DNA of 46,750 bases from Octopus bimaculoides. Its lineage: Eukaryota. Shown piece by piece: positions 35,711-46,750 of this stretch. The stretch is from assembly GCF_001194135.2 (NCBI RefSeq), contig NC_068984.1, forward strand, positions 66,281,962-66,328,711, read 5' to 3'. The notes beneath the pieces are model-generated. The model was given only the letters and a program-made list of their open reading frames with translations, was not told the origin of the DNA and ran no database searches. Every line of letters begins with the position of its first letter. The first letter of the stretch is position 1. Both the position numbers and the translations under genes were made by a program.

Positions 35711-36129
35711 ACATATATATATATATAAACATAATCCAAGAACTTGCGTGTTTGAAAAGATTAATTGAAAGTGCTCACACACACTAGGAAAAAAACTTCT
35801 TCCAAAAAGGTTAGTGACATTCTGATAAAAGATTTCATAACTCTTTTAAAAAATATTTTTTTTTAAATATCCCTTTTATACTTAAAAACTGTATCAAGTA
35901 AGTTTCACTCAAACTTTCAAATATATATATATATATATATTGTTAACATTTATTATTATTATTAATTGGCAGAAGTACCAGAGTACTCAAGAGTTGAGAA
36001 TTTTGTGCATTGGCACTTAGCAGATTGATTATTGATAATGTGTGTGTGTGTGTGTGTATAAGCTTCACTGTTAATTTAAGTATTAAACCTTTTTTTTTTA
36101 TTAAAAATGTAACAATGAGAGAGATTTAC

Positions 36130-36152
36130 CTAACGAACATGATACATGAACC
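36130..36152 (-). other. Candidate 23-nt micro-exon
   Basis: ttctattttcactccag|GGTTCATGTATCATGTTCGTTAG|gtaaat; both splice sites are strong. Confidence 0.35.
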
Positions 36153-36962
36153 CTGGAGTGAAAATAGAATAAAGCTTTAATTTAAATTGAATAAGTAAAC
36201 TTTATTCCATATATTTTGTCCCCCCCTCCTGTATCACTGTCTACATTATGCTAAAATGCATATAACTTGTATGCACATAACACATATATTATTACATTAT
36301 GAACTGTGCTAAATAAATTGTATTGTTCAAATAAAAATGTAAGGTAGAATTTTTATTACTTTTCTTTTAATGTTTCCGTTTTGATAATTAAAAGCAAAAT
36401 GCTCTTTGATTTCGAATTGTATATTGTCTAAAGTTTGTATTAAAAAAAAACTCCAAAAAACATTCCTTTCTTACCAAATGCTTTCACATCTAAATTAACT
36501 ACAGTCTACATGCTTTATTTCATTAAAAATAATACATATCCATGTAATGTAGAGCAGTGGTGACAACAAGCTATTGTCTTGTACATTTCCTCAAACATAT
36601 AAAAAGCAAATATATAAATAAATAAATAAACAAAAATAAACTTTCATCTAATTTCTTGTTGAGAGTGAAAATAACATATATTTTTTCCCCTCTTTTGCTT
36701 TTCATCAGTAGAAGGCCATGTTTGTCAATGGGCTATTTTCTAATAACAAAACTGATATTTTCTCTTTTGTTTTACAGATTGGTTGTGGGTTTTTTTCATC
36801 ATTTTATTTAATTTTTGCTTTTGTTAATTCCAACAGTAATGAAAGGAAACTTAATAACTTAACTGAAATATTCTGCCTTAATGTAATTATCACTGTTGGT
36901 GCCTTCTATATATGTTTGCACAACGACAATTACTTAGAGTTCCATGTCATGACACCACCATT

Positions 36963-37060
36963 GTCATCATCATCATCGTCATCATCATCATCGTTCTTCA
37001 TCATCATCATAATCACCATCATCGTTCTTCATCATCATCATAATCATCATCATCATTATC
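36963..37060. repeat. (CAT)n degenerate microsatellite
   Basis: Directly visible. Confidence 0.9.
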
Positions 37061-37574
37061 GTCCTAACTAAAATTATAGCACGTTTTTAACTTTAATTAG
37101 TAAAACTAAATTAGAATGAATTCCTTTTTCCATGGAAAAACCAACATCATTTTAATTAAATTAGATTCCAAATTTGTTTCTTTTTTGTTTATGATCCTTT
37201 ATATCTAGTTTATAATTTCATTTTATAAATGCAGGAATTTTATCACAAAGACCCCAGTATTTGACATAGTTAAGCTTTCTCCTTAACCCTTTCAGTATAC
37301 TAATTATCTGCTAGTCAATCCCACAAAAATATCAATTATTCACTATACATTACTGTTAGCATCATTATTAGTTTAATATTTGTTTTATGTGCTGCTGTTT
37401 ATTGAATAAGTCTACAGAACAGCCACTCACAAACAGTTTCTCTCACACCTCTTCTTCCCCACTCCCAGGCCTAAATTTCTCTGAGATCTAATCTATCTCC
37501 ATCATCATAATCATGTTTTGCTACTTTCATCATTAGCCAATATTTTTATTGGTTTATCGGCTTATTGCTTCAGT

Positions 37575-37990
37575 CAAACCACCAACTTGAGATAAGTCAT
37601 CACGCACAAGCCAAATGAAAAGAGAGCTTGAATGTGGCTGCTGGACATGTTAGAAACTGCAGCTAATTACCCTCAATTTACACTTTACTGTCTTAAAAAG
37701 TGGAAGGACTATATTGGATAATGTAACGTTAGAGATACAAATACTGGAAATATACTGGCTAATATGTCTTTGATCATTAAATCCCTTTGATCAGAGTTGT
37801 CTTTGATTTAACTGAATGACATCAACAATTTAGGATGTTGATGAGCGATATAATATGGTGGTCTAAATCACATCTTAACATCTTAACAAAACGAAAGGGT
37901 CACAATGGATAATGTAGTCCTGAATGCACTAGATCTGAATAAAAGATGGAGTGGTCACAGTTGGAATCTCTTTGATCACAGGATTGTTTA
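37575..37990 (+). mobile_element. Family B repeat plus a second partial copy
   Basis: GTTAGAAACTGCAGCTAATTACCCTC...GGATAATGTA...TTTGATCA, with TGGATAATGTAGTCC repeated at about 37906. Confidence 0.65.
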
Positions 37991-38456
37991 TTTATGCTTG
38001 ACTTGGGGGTTATACAACAGTCTCAATCATCACCTTGGAAAAGAACTATAATAATTGTGAATTTGATACTCAGAAACTTTACTGAAGCCTTACATATGTC
38101 TGTATGTGCGTGTATTCCTCTCTTACAATTTGGTTTATTTACATTTCCAGAATGTAATGGGAGGGTAAAAAGAGATGAGTAGATTAAGTGTGAGACTTAA
38201 AATAAATATAGGGATCAATTTGATTCACTAAACCATTAAGAATATAGGGAAAAAATTGAAAATGTAAGAAAATGTTATAGTGTAGTTAACAAGATGCTGG
38301 TCAGACCTTTACTCTTGTCATTTTTTGCTTAACCATGGAGCCAGACCAAGCTTATACATTAAACAAATTAAGCATTCCTTTGACACAAAGAAAAGAAAGT
38401 AACACAGAATTTCTTTTAGTGTTGGATTTATTGAAGTTCACATAGTGCAAGCTTAT

Positions 38457-38687
38457 TTAACTCCATTTAAACATGAATGTTCTGTTAGAACACACTATAC
38501 TATGGTAGATCCCACGAGAGAAACTCTCATACAGGCTTTTAGTGCAAAATGCACTCTTGGTTTATACCCTGCTCGTGATATAAACAAGAGTACATTTTGC
38601 ACCAAAAGCCTATATGAGAATTTCTCTCATGGTATCTACTGCAGTAACGTTTGTTTTAACAGAACATTCACATTTAAATGAGGTTAA
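38457..38687. mobile_element. Fully palindromic TTAA-flanked MITE (family M3)
   Basis: TTAA 38457-60 and 38684-87; arms of about 110 bp (roughly 85% by eye) around a 12-nt loop at 38567-78. Confidence 0.85.
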
Positions 38688-38958
38688 ATATTTCCTCTCA
38701 GTATTAATATTGTCTCTGTCACTAATATATATTTTTACATATATAGTGCCAGCTGTATCAAGGCTTTATGAAAAGTTTTGAAAATTTGCATAATTACTTA
38801 CTATGCTTACTGCTATCTAGAGTTAATCTTAAAAACAAAAGCCTCTCTAATGTAATTTCACATTCAGTACTTGTTATGTAACAATACACTGTAATTGAAG
38901 GGTTAAGTACAGGGAACCATTTTTTGTTTTTTTGTTTTTGTTTTTTGGTGCGAGTGCT

Positions 38959-39185
38959 TTATCCTTTAGCATTTAAACTGGCCCTGTCTGGTCATAATAT
39001 TCTCCCTATTTCATATTCAAACTGGCCAAATTTGGCCTCTCACACCTCCTCTACAATGTCATTGTAAACATAAACAATCACATTGCTAATGTCTGGATGT
39101 TATGAGATGAGGCATGATTAATTCAAAACAATGTGAATAAACAAGCATTACATCTGACAGATTAATCTAAATGCTAAAGGGTTAA
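38959..39185 (-). mobile_element. MITE family M1 copy
   Basis: CCTTTAGCATTTAAACTGGCC...AAATGCTAAAGGGTTAA. Confidence 0.8.
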
Positions 39186-39460
39186 GGCATCATTTTGTCT
39201 TGATTTGATTTTTAAGTGGACATCATTGAGAATCTGGTAAAATGTATTCACCTACTTCATCCCTCATTCCTCAAAAAATGGTTGCAGTTGCATATACTGC
39301 ATAAAAAGATTATATTACAAAGAATATTATAATCTAATGCAGTTTTCAAATTATTAAAAATGATAGTGGATAATTATTTTGGATCAGGAGATTTACTTAA
39401 AGTTAATAGATATTTGAACTAAAGCAAATTTACAAACTTTCCTAAAGAGTATAATTGCTA

Positions 39461-39830
39461 ATACAAGTAGCTGAAACAGAATTTCTTCGAAGGTTCTCTG
39501 GAGTTACATTACTTGAAAGGGTGTGTAGTTCAGAGATCAGGGAGTCTCTCCTGGTCGAGCTGTTACTACTCTGTATTGAGAGGCCACAATTCCAGTGATG
39601 GGTTCTTCAGGCTGAGCCAACTGGGAGGAGACCTAGGGATTGACCAGAACGAGATGGTTGGATAATATCCATAATCTGAACTGGTCACACTTGTAAATCT
39701 AACTGGAGAGTCTAATGACGTTTGCTTCTGACATGACTCCATGTATGAGGTACCTGAGGGCTCTCTCCCCATGACACACCTTGGAATATTGAGCAGGGAA
39801 GATGGATAATTGAATGGACTAAATTTTTGC
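39461..39830 (+). pseudogene. RTE-clade LINE 3' end (Expander/Rex3-like), decayed
   Basis: IQVAETEFLRRFSGVTLLERVCSSEIRESLLVELLLLCIERPQFQ*...QAEPTGRRPR, then RWLDNIHNLNWSHL; matches the recalled RTE C-terminal IQAAEM.FLRR..G....RVRSS...L.VEPLLL.IER.Q...PTGRRPRGRP motif. Confidence 0.85.
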
Positions 39831-40191
39831 CTGCAGACACCTAATTTCTTTGCAATCTCATTTTAGCTAGATAACCTTTCAAGTGTTGAGACTTCAAATT
39901 ACTCAGATACAGAAGACAGACCATACAATATTGTCCTTGATAAACAAAAAGACTAGAAAATCACAGCTGGAATATCTCTTCTGATCATATTATATGTCTG
40001 CTCAATCAAGGGTAATAATTATCAGTTGTACTTAACATCATATGTTGTTGTTGATGCTGATGTTCAACTCTTAGGCTGCCTTGATTAAATAGAACTCTAA
40101 TCAAAAACACTGTAGTGAGGGCAACCCTATCTTTCCACATGTTTTTATATAATTTTATATATTTTTTAATACAATTTTTTAATATATTTTT

Positions 40192-40238
<47 letters not shown>

Positions 40239-40415
40239 TGTATTGAAGACTATATTGTCCAGTGTAACTTTCTTTCTGTAAGACCACACGGTTTGATTTG
40301 AGTGAAATAGGGGTGCTATTTCTAGCAGGTTGAGGATAAGGGTTCCCATGTTGATTTGTCAATGATGAATCGCTAACATGAGTAAGAAAGAAAGAGAAGG
40401 CAAAGTAAAAAATGC

Positions 40416-40570
40416 ATCTAGAACAGGTATGGGCAACTGTTCTTGAGAGACAGACTACAAGAGAAGTGGTTCATCTCTAGGTGGGCTGCAATGCTAAAAC
40501 AATTCAAGGTTATTTTTCATTAGGCCTGCCATTCAGAAAGTCCCATGGGTTGCAGTTTATCAATGATTGA
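40416..40570 (+). mobile_element. Possible hAT-Charlie-type MITE remnant
   Basis: CAGGTATGGGCAAC terminus preceded by ATCTAGAA (NTCTAGAN target consensus); right end degraded. Confidence 0.4.
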
Positions 40571-41733
40571 TTTGGGGCTTTGTTATCTGTTTCAGAGAAA
40601 TTTGGCAGATAGATACCTACAGATAACTGCTTCAGGTGTGATAACTATTTTGTAGCTTATTAGACTAAAAACAAAGTATTATATTCCTAGACGTTTTACT
40701 CTGGAAATGTTAAGACACCAAACTCATATGTTATAATAAGTCAGATATTTTCACAACCTAAATCTTCTATAAAACATTCATTCATTCTTCTAATCAGTCC
40801 ATTGCTGACATCTGTTCTATTGTTAGTATTCTCTACGCTCTTAAAATATAATCTTTTTTCTGATATTGAAATCTCTATGCAGGTTTTCAGAATGAAACAC
40901 CAATATCAAAAAATAATCAATATGCATTTTTATGAGATTTTATTATCTGTCTTATTAAGTCCGATCTATCAAATTATGTAGCTTATTTTTGAAAAAATAT
41001 CAAAAATAAATGAAAATATTATAAGAGGAAGGTGGTGAATTTCATTTACAGTAGCAGATAAAAACAGCTTTTCCCATTTTCATTATTTAGGTTTGTTTTT
41101 AAAACTTTGATAGTATTTATTTAATTTCAATATCTGAAATTCTATCCAAAATTATCCATTAGAATATGTCTTTTAGATTTTTATTTATATAGGATAAATA
41201 CTGATATAATATTTTGAATCTATCTTACTGCTACTGCTGCTTAACATTGTAATGATAAAATTGGCATGGAAATAGCAGCTTTATAGAATAGCCATTCTTC
41301 CAAGTTGCTATATCATTTTGTTGTTGTAGACCTCTCACAACTATCATCTCAAAAACTAAGGAAAACTTTCCAATGGCAATATCTTTGAAGAATGTTACAT
41401 AGAAGATAATGTAGATTCAGAAATACTTGTCTTCAAAAACTATCCTTGAAGCATTTTGATAAATAATATGAAAAATAAGGCAACTCTAATTCATGTATAC
41501 AGGTATTTAACACCCACACCCATACATCCACCACCCACACATGTTGAATATGTGCGAGTATTAATAAATGCATGTATGTATTCAAATAGACTGAAGTTAT
41601 GTGCGTATGTGTTTAATGTGTATATATATTGAAATTTGTGTTGGATGTATATAGATGTATACATAGGAATATTTATGTATGTGAAAGTATTTGATTTCTA
41701 CAAAGAACTGTGTGATTATGAATTGTGTGCATT

Positions 41734-41860
41734 CACTTCTCAGCCACATATTTTCAGTTTTGGTCTCACTGTGTGGTGGCACTTTGGGCAAGTGTCTTTT
41801 AAATACTTTAGCAGCCCTGGGATGACCAAAGCCATGTGAGTAGATTTGGCTGACAGAAAC
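41734..41860 (+). mobile_element. Family A SINE 5' part
   Basis: CACTGTGTGGTGGCACTTTGGGCAAGTGTCTT...GACCAAAGCCATGTGAG. Confidence 0.75.
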
Positions 41861-41861
41861 T

Positions 41862-42800
41862 CTTCATAACGTTTTCCATGTTAGGTCTCTGCCGCCTCTT
41901 GCTCAGCATCATCTTCTATTTCTTGGAATCTATGGACATTTGGGGGAGTTTTCTTCTTCCATCCTTTCTTCCCACCAGATTATCTTATGTGTCTGTATCC
42001 ATCGTATTCTGATGTCATCAATCACTGGTAATATTTTGATTAGTACATTATTCATTAAGGAAAAGCCTCATGATCACACCCATACATTCCATTTTCTGGT
42101 GAACTGTGTTCGGCCTGCATGTTTGTCTTAGAGGTAGGAGACCAAATGGTTGTCCAGTTTTTTTAAGCTAATGTTGCAAGTTGTTTCGTCACTTACATCA
42201 CAGAACTTCAAGAATCATATCCCTTGCTATCCTGTGTGCCATAACATTGCAACGCTCTTTCTAGTGTTGCCTAACATGTTCCTTAAATTCATCAGACATA
42301 ACAACATTACTGTTGTGGGTTATTAATTAATCTGCCAGAGGTCCATATGGAAGTGGTTTTGTTTGATCATTTGCCAATCCTAGCTGGTGTATGTGCTGAG
42401 ATCTACATTATGTTGCTTATGACTAAATTTATACTTAATTATCACATACTTGATTACCACAATTTCGCTGCCAACAATATGGCTATTTCAATGCACCAGC
42501 TCTGTTACACAGAAGAATCTGTATACGAGATTGTAGCCTGTATGGAGTCTGACTGAAGATCTCTTCCATCTAACATCTTGTACACAACACACATCTTTGT
42601 TACTTCATTCCTGCTCCTCTCTACAATCTCTCCAGATCTATCATTCATCACGCTTAAAATAATGGTAGCAGTTCTAAAGTTCTGTGTCTTAATGAAACAG
42701 TTGTCTCAGATGATAGTAGCAATGGCCATTTTGTCCTCAAATATCCCTCCAGTCATGCCCCACCGTCTTAGGAAAGAAATTATTGGAAAATGATGAGATG
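41862..42800 (-). pseudogene. Decayed RTE LINE 5' part encoding an apurinic endonuclease domain
   Basis: Minus-strand pieces RTATIILSVMNDRSGEIVE, DVCCVQDVRWK...VYRFFC, FLKFCD...CNISLKKLDNHLVSY match RTE APE motifs (LNVGTM.GRSGEIVE, DVCCVQEVRW, LLEFCD.N.L.ICNT.F.KP..HL.TY); many stops and frameshifts. Confidence 0.85.
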
Positions 42801-42954
42801 GTAACAACTGGAATGCATTCCATCATAGCTCTGTTCACTCAGGACAGATGAGGCCTAAACTAAAACTACCATGCATACCACTAACATGATAACTGATAGC
42901 CCTGTAAACAAATACATATCTTTATCATCTACTTCTCCATATTTGCATAGTTCA

Positions 42955-43170
42955 AGGTGTGGCAAACTGGAAGAAACATTAGCATGCCAGGCACAATGCT
43001 TAGCAGCATTTTGCCTGTCTTTACATTTTGAGTTCAAATTCTGCTGAGGTTGACTTTGCATTTCATCCTTTTAGAGTCAATAAAAGAAGTGCCAGTTGAG
43101 TACTGGAGTCAATATAATCGACCTGCCCCCTTTCCCCAAACTTGTTGGCCTTGTGCCAAAATTTGAAGCA
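42955..43170 (+). mobile_element. Family M SINE with perfect 16-bp target-site duplication
   Basis: ATATTTGCATAGTTCA at 42939-54 and 43171-86 flanks the element. Confidence 0.9.
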
Positions 43171-43430
43171 ATATTTGCATAGTTCAGATGAGAGTATATT
43201 GGGGCAGTTTTCTGCAGCTGGATGCCCTTTCTGCTGCTAAACCCAACTGTTTCCAAGTGGGGTAGTAATCTCTCAGTATATTGAACAATGAACAACCTGG
43301 ACAGTCTTCCAGAGTACACTGCAAAGCAATGTTACTGTAAGCAAAGCCATTGTTTAAAACATATGAGTTAAATACAAGTGGGAGACATGAAAAAAATACC
43401 AAATCTCTCACGCATACATCCTCACACAAG

Positions 43431-43540
43431 TTCCTTTCAGTTTTTGTCTACCACATCCACCTCCAAAGCTTTGATAGTTTCAGCTATAGTAGTAGATACT
43501 TGCTCAAAGTGCCATGTTGTGAGACTGAATCTAAAACAAG
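43431..43540 (-). mobile_element. Family A SINE fragment
   Basis: CTTTCAGTTTTTGTCTACC...AGTAGATACTTGCTCAAAGTGCC. Confidence 0.7.
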
Positions 43541-43854
43541 AATTGCAGATGTCAAGAAAAGAACACACACACACACACATGCACACGAGTTGATATTGAT
43601 GTAAGCAGTGTAAGGCAATACAAGCATTCCATCTTATTCTCCACAAGATAATATATTTAGTATAAACGGTAGAATCGCTATCTCATCTAATAATTCCACT
43701 AGAATCCTCATAAAATGTTTTTGTTTTCTTTCTTTATGTGAACTATAATAAAGATGATACTACTACAAAAAGGAAACTATTTGCAGTAAAAGACTTTTAT
43801 GCTTTGGAAGTCTTCTTGATGAATATTAGAAAATGATGACGATGATAATGGTTT

Positions 43855-44040
43855 CTGATTTTGGCACGAAGTCAGTATTTTATTGTGGAGAGGAAGATTT
43901 AGTCAATTATATTGACCCAGGTACTTGACTGGTACCTTTAGGTATCCCTGAGAACAACTTTGCTGAAATTGTGCTCAGGAATTTAAGCTCAGACTGTAAA
44001 GAGCTGGAATAAATATGGTGAGGCATTTTTCTAATTTGCT
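43855..44040 (-). mobile_element. Degraded family M SINE
   Basis: TTGACCCAGGTACTTGACTGGTAC...AATTTAAGCTCAGACTGTAAAG. Confidence 0.6.
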
Positions 44041-46190
44041 GAAAATTGACCTTTTTGCAGTTTAATTGTGCTGCATTCCAAAGGATATGAAGAATTTATG
44101 GTGGCTGAATGGTGTTGAATACCTCAGCTAATCAGGCAAAGAAAAATATGAGAGGTCAGTTAAGTGCAGTACCACACTCAGTCAGTAATCTTGACCACTC
44201 TACAAGTTGGGCCAGTGCTAGGAAGCATGGGGCCCAATTAGGGAATTGTCAGTGGGACCCTCTACTCTATAAAAGCTGAAGTTGATGCTTTATGTTTCAT
44301 GTAGTACACCAGTGCCAGGCCAAAAGCATTGATGATTAGAGGCTCCATCATTAGCTACAATAATATACTATTAAATACTGCTCATGCAGTGCAAGGCTCA
44401 ATTTGAGCAAATTTAACTGGCTTAAAACTGGCCCTGTTTACAGGTACAGGGAAGATTAAATTTGAAAGTTATTTGAACAAATGTTTATGATCTTGAAATT
44501 GCCTGAACATTTCTAGCCATAAAGTTGTAAACACACTTTTTAAAAGAGTATGTAGTTTAATAAAATAAGAATATCAGTCTATATGAATATGTATATGTGC
44601 GCATGTATGGTAGGTCTAGAGAAAGCTGGGGACTGGAACTATTAAAAATCATTTTCATGCTAAATTTCTACACCATAAACAACATTATTTTGATAAGTTT
44701 TCTTATTTTATCAGCTAATGAGGCCTTCTCATCAGTAAAAATTTAAAAACTTTCCTTGTTTCCTCCTTTTTTTCTCCCCTTTTTCGATAGATACACAAAC
44801 AATTTGTAGACTTCCAAATTTTTATTATTTATCTATATCATTTTTTTTGCATCTGTTTATCATGATTTTATGAGTGATCTTCATTAAATTAGGTCAGGTC
44901 AATCATTTTAGTATTTTTTTTTTTTTAGGATAAATGGAAAATTGGCTTGAAGCAAAAATATTCTCAAACTTTTAAAATTTGTTAATGTATTTACAAACAA
45001 CTGTACAGTATTTAACTCAAAATTAAAAAGTACACACACACACACTCACACACACACACACACACACATGTAGATTTAAACAATATGTGTATGAAAATGA
45101 AAGCAAGTGAAGAAAAACTCAGAGTATCCTGTGGAGTGTATATGGTTTTAAAGAATAAAGATGTCTAGAGGTATATCAAATAGCACACAAAATAAATTCT
45201 TGATTTCTTGTAATCATCTTCCTTTTGAGAGAAGGATAAACCAATGCCTTGCAGTAACTACAATCAACATCAAATGAGAAATATATCAAGAATCAAGAAT
45301 GCTCTGCAACTGATATGCCATTAACGAAATGGGAGTCTGATTTTCTAGAGACAAGAGGACGGCTATGGATATGGGTTTCTGCCTCAATAAAAAGCATAAA
45401 TACAGAATTTGTCCTATACTGAATCTTGAAGATGCAATATTTAGGAATATATGGAAAAGTTAGAAAATGTGTGTGTGTGTGTCATTGCTGTGGTCCTGTA
45501 ATAGCCAAAGCCTTGTGAGTGACTCTGGAATATGGAAGATGAAAAAAGTGTGTGTATATGAGAGAGAGAGAGAGAGAGAGATAGAGAGCACCAGCATGTG
45601 TTTCTGGGTGTTTCCATTTGTAGTCTACAGAAGGTTGTGAGTTACAAGTGGTGGTGTTGTCACTGCTCCTATCAACAAATCATCAATGAACACACCTCCA
45701 AAGCTGTGGGACAACAAAGAAAAGTTGCCCTAACCACAACTAAGAAGCCCTTTCTATTTCTCTTCTATAGGGATGTGACCAAAACTAGGGACTAATTTCT
45801 CCCGTAGTGATCGTACTGTACACTCTTTCACCACCTCAAATACTTCTGTCCCTGTAGGTAGTCAGGGACCAATATTTGGTGCTCCTGCCTTTTTGACATG
45901 ATCTTATTGTCCTGCTGCATTTCAAGAAACCCCAGTCACTGGGCTAGCCTGGCTGGAGTGCCAGTTTAGTTGTTGATACACATCTATCAGGTTGTACTAG
46001 ATTATATGTTACTAACATCAGGTTGCAATCTGTCATATACACATGTACATGCACAAACATAGATATAATAGATATATGTGTACATGTATCACAATGAGAT
46101 AGCTTTCACATTATTATTCATATTATGCGATTATAAAAATAATAGTTGATTATTAGTAATTATTATGATATAATAATAATTATTGATTAT

Positions 46191-46405
46191 CAGAATTGTT
46201 AGCATGCCAGGCAAAATGCTTAGCAACAGTTTGTCCGTCTTTATGATATAAGTTCAAATTCCGCTGTGGTTGACTTTGCCTTTCATCCTTTTGGGTCGAT
46301 AAATTAAGGACCACTCATGTATTGGAGTTGATGTGACCAACTTAACTCTCCTCACAAATTTCAAGCCTTGTGCCCACAGTAGAAAGGGTTATTATTATTA
46401 ATTAT
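46191..46405 (+). mobile_element. Family M SINE (5' truncated) with (ATT)n tail
   Basis: GTTAGCATGCCAGGCAAAATGCTTAGC...GTTGACTTTGCCTTTCATCCTTTTGGGTCGATAAATTAAG...AGTAGAAAGGGTTATTATT. Confidence 0.88.
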
Positions 46406-46750
46406 GTTAGATCAGGTTATGAAAGTTACAGAGAGGGTCATAGCCCAACTAATTAGGGAGCGAATCAATTTAGATGAGATGCAGTTTGGGTTCGTGCCAG
46501 GTAAAAGCACTACTGATGCCTTATTTCTAGTGAGACAGTTGCAAGAGAAATACCTAGCCAAGGATAAACCTCTGTACCTGGCTTTCGTTGACATGGAGAA
46601 AGCCTTTGACAGGGTCCCCCGATCCCTTATCTGGTGGTCAATGAGGAAACTTGGGATAGAAGAATGGCTACTGAGAGCTGTGCGAGCCATGTACAGAGAT
46701 GCGGCCAGTAAGGTGAGGGTTGGAAATGAGTACAGCAATGAATTCCGGGT
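46406..46750 (+). mobile_element. Young 5'-truncated RTE LINE, uninterrupted reverse transcriptase frame (runs off the window)
   Basis: Frame from 46407: LDQVMKVTERVIAQLIRERINLDEMQFGFVPGKSTTDALFLVRQLQEKYLAKDKPLYLAFVDMEKAFDRVPRSLIWWSMRKLGIEEWLLRAVRAMYRDAASKVRVGNEYSNEFR; QFGF and FVD.EKAFD RT motifs, no stops, CpGs retained. Confidence 0.95.

Noticed and set aside
36718-37071. 117-aa ORF
   Set aside because: The last third is (CAT)n and the rest is T-rich intron-like sequence with no recognisable domain
38445-38681. 78-aa ORF
   Set aside because: Lies almost entirely within the palindromic MITE
44310-44436. hAT-like MITE (CAGTGCCAGG...ACTGGCCCTG)
   Set aside because: Only an 8/10 terminal match and no 8-bp TSD
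45590-46030. GC-richer unique block as exon or LTR
   Set aside because: The plus candidate exon has stops in all frames, the minus candidate has a weak donor, and no LTR hallmarks are seen
46412-46738. Minus ORF of 108 aa
   Set aside because: Antisense shadow of the RTE reverse transcriptase on the plus strand
1-46750. CRISPR array, operon, rRNA or other prokaryote-type system
   Set aside because: No regularly spaced repeat-spacer array and no long intact ORFs; the content is typical animal repeat-rich DNA

Overview
AT-rich, microsatellite-dense eukaryotic DNA, most likely from an Octopus (coleoid cephalopod) assembly. This call rests on recalled octopus tRNA-derived SINE families; two short N gaps indicate a draft assembly. 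Repeats dominate: more than 30 SINE copies or fragments from about 4 families, six ~220-bp TTAA-flanked piggyBac-type MITEs from three unrelated families, a decayed hAT (Tip100/ZMYM-like) transposase, a deleted Tc1/mariner (maT-like) element, and four LINE pieces. Three of the LINE pieces are clearly RTE-clade, including a stop-free reverse transcriptase frame that runs off the right edge and is missing from the ORF track. Almost all supplied ORFs are microsatellite, SINE or antisense artefacts. No host gene can be named. Several short splice-signal-bounded open frames suggest exons of a minus-strand gene and possibly a small plus-strand gene near 29.4-33.9 kb, all at low confidence. I found no new system that I can assert with confidence. 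The best leads are near-perfect hairpin elements embedded in TA tracts (2.3 kb, 20.0-20.7 kb, 38.5 kb), a shared ~220-bp length among unrelated TTAA MITEs, and (ATT)n SINE tails that appear to act as landing pads for further SINE/RTE insertions. All alignments were done by eye; repeat boundaries are approximate unless a TSD or TIR is quoted.
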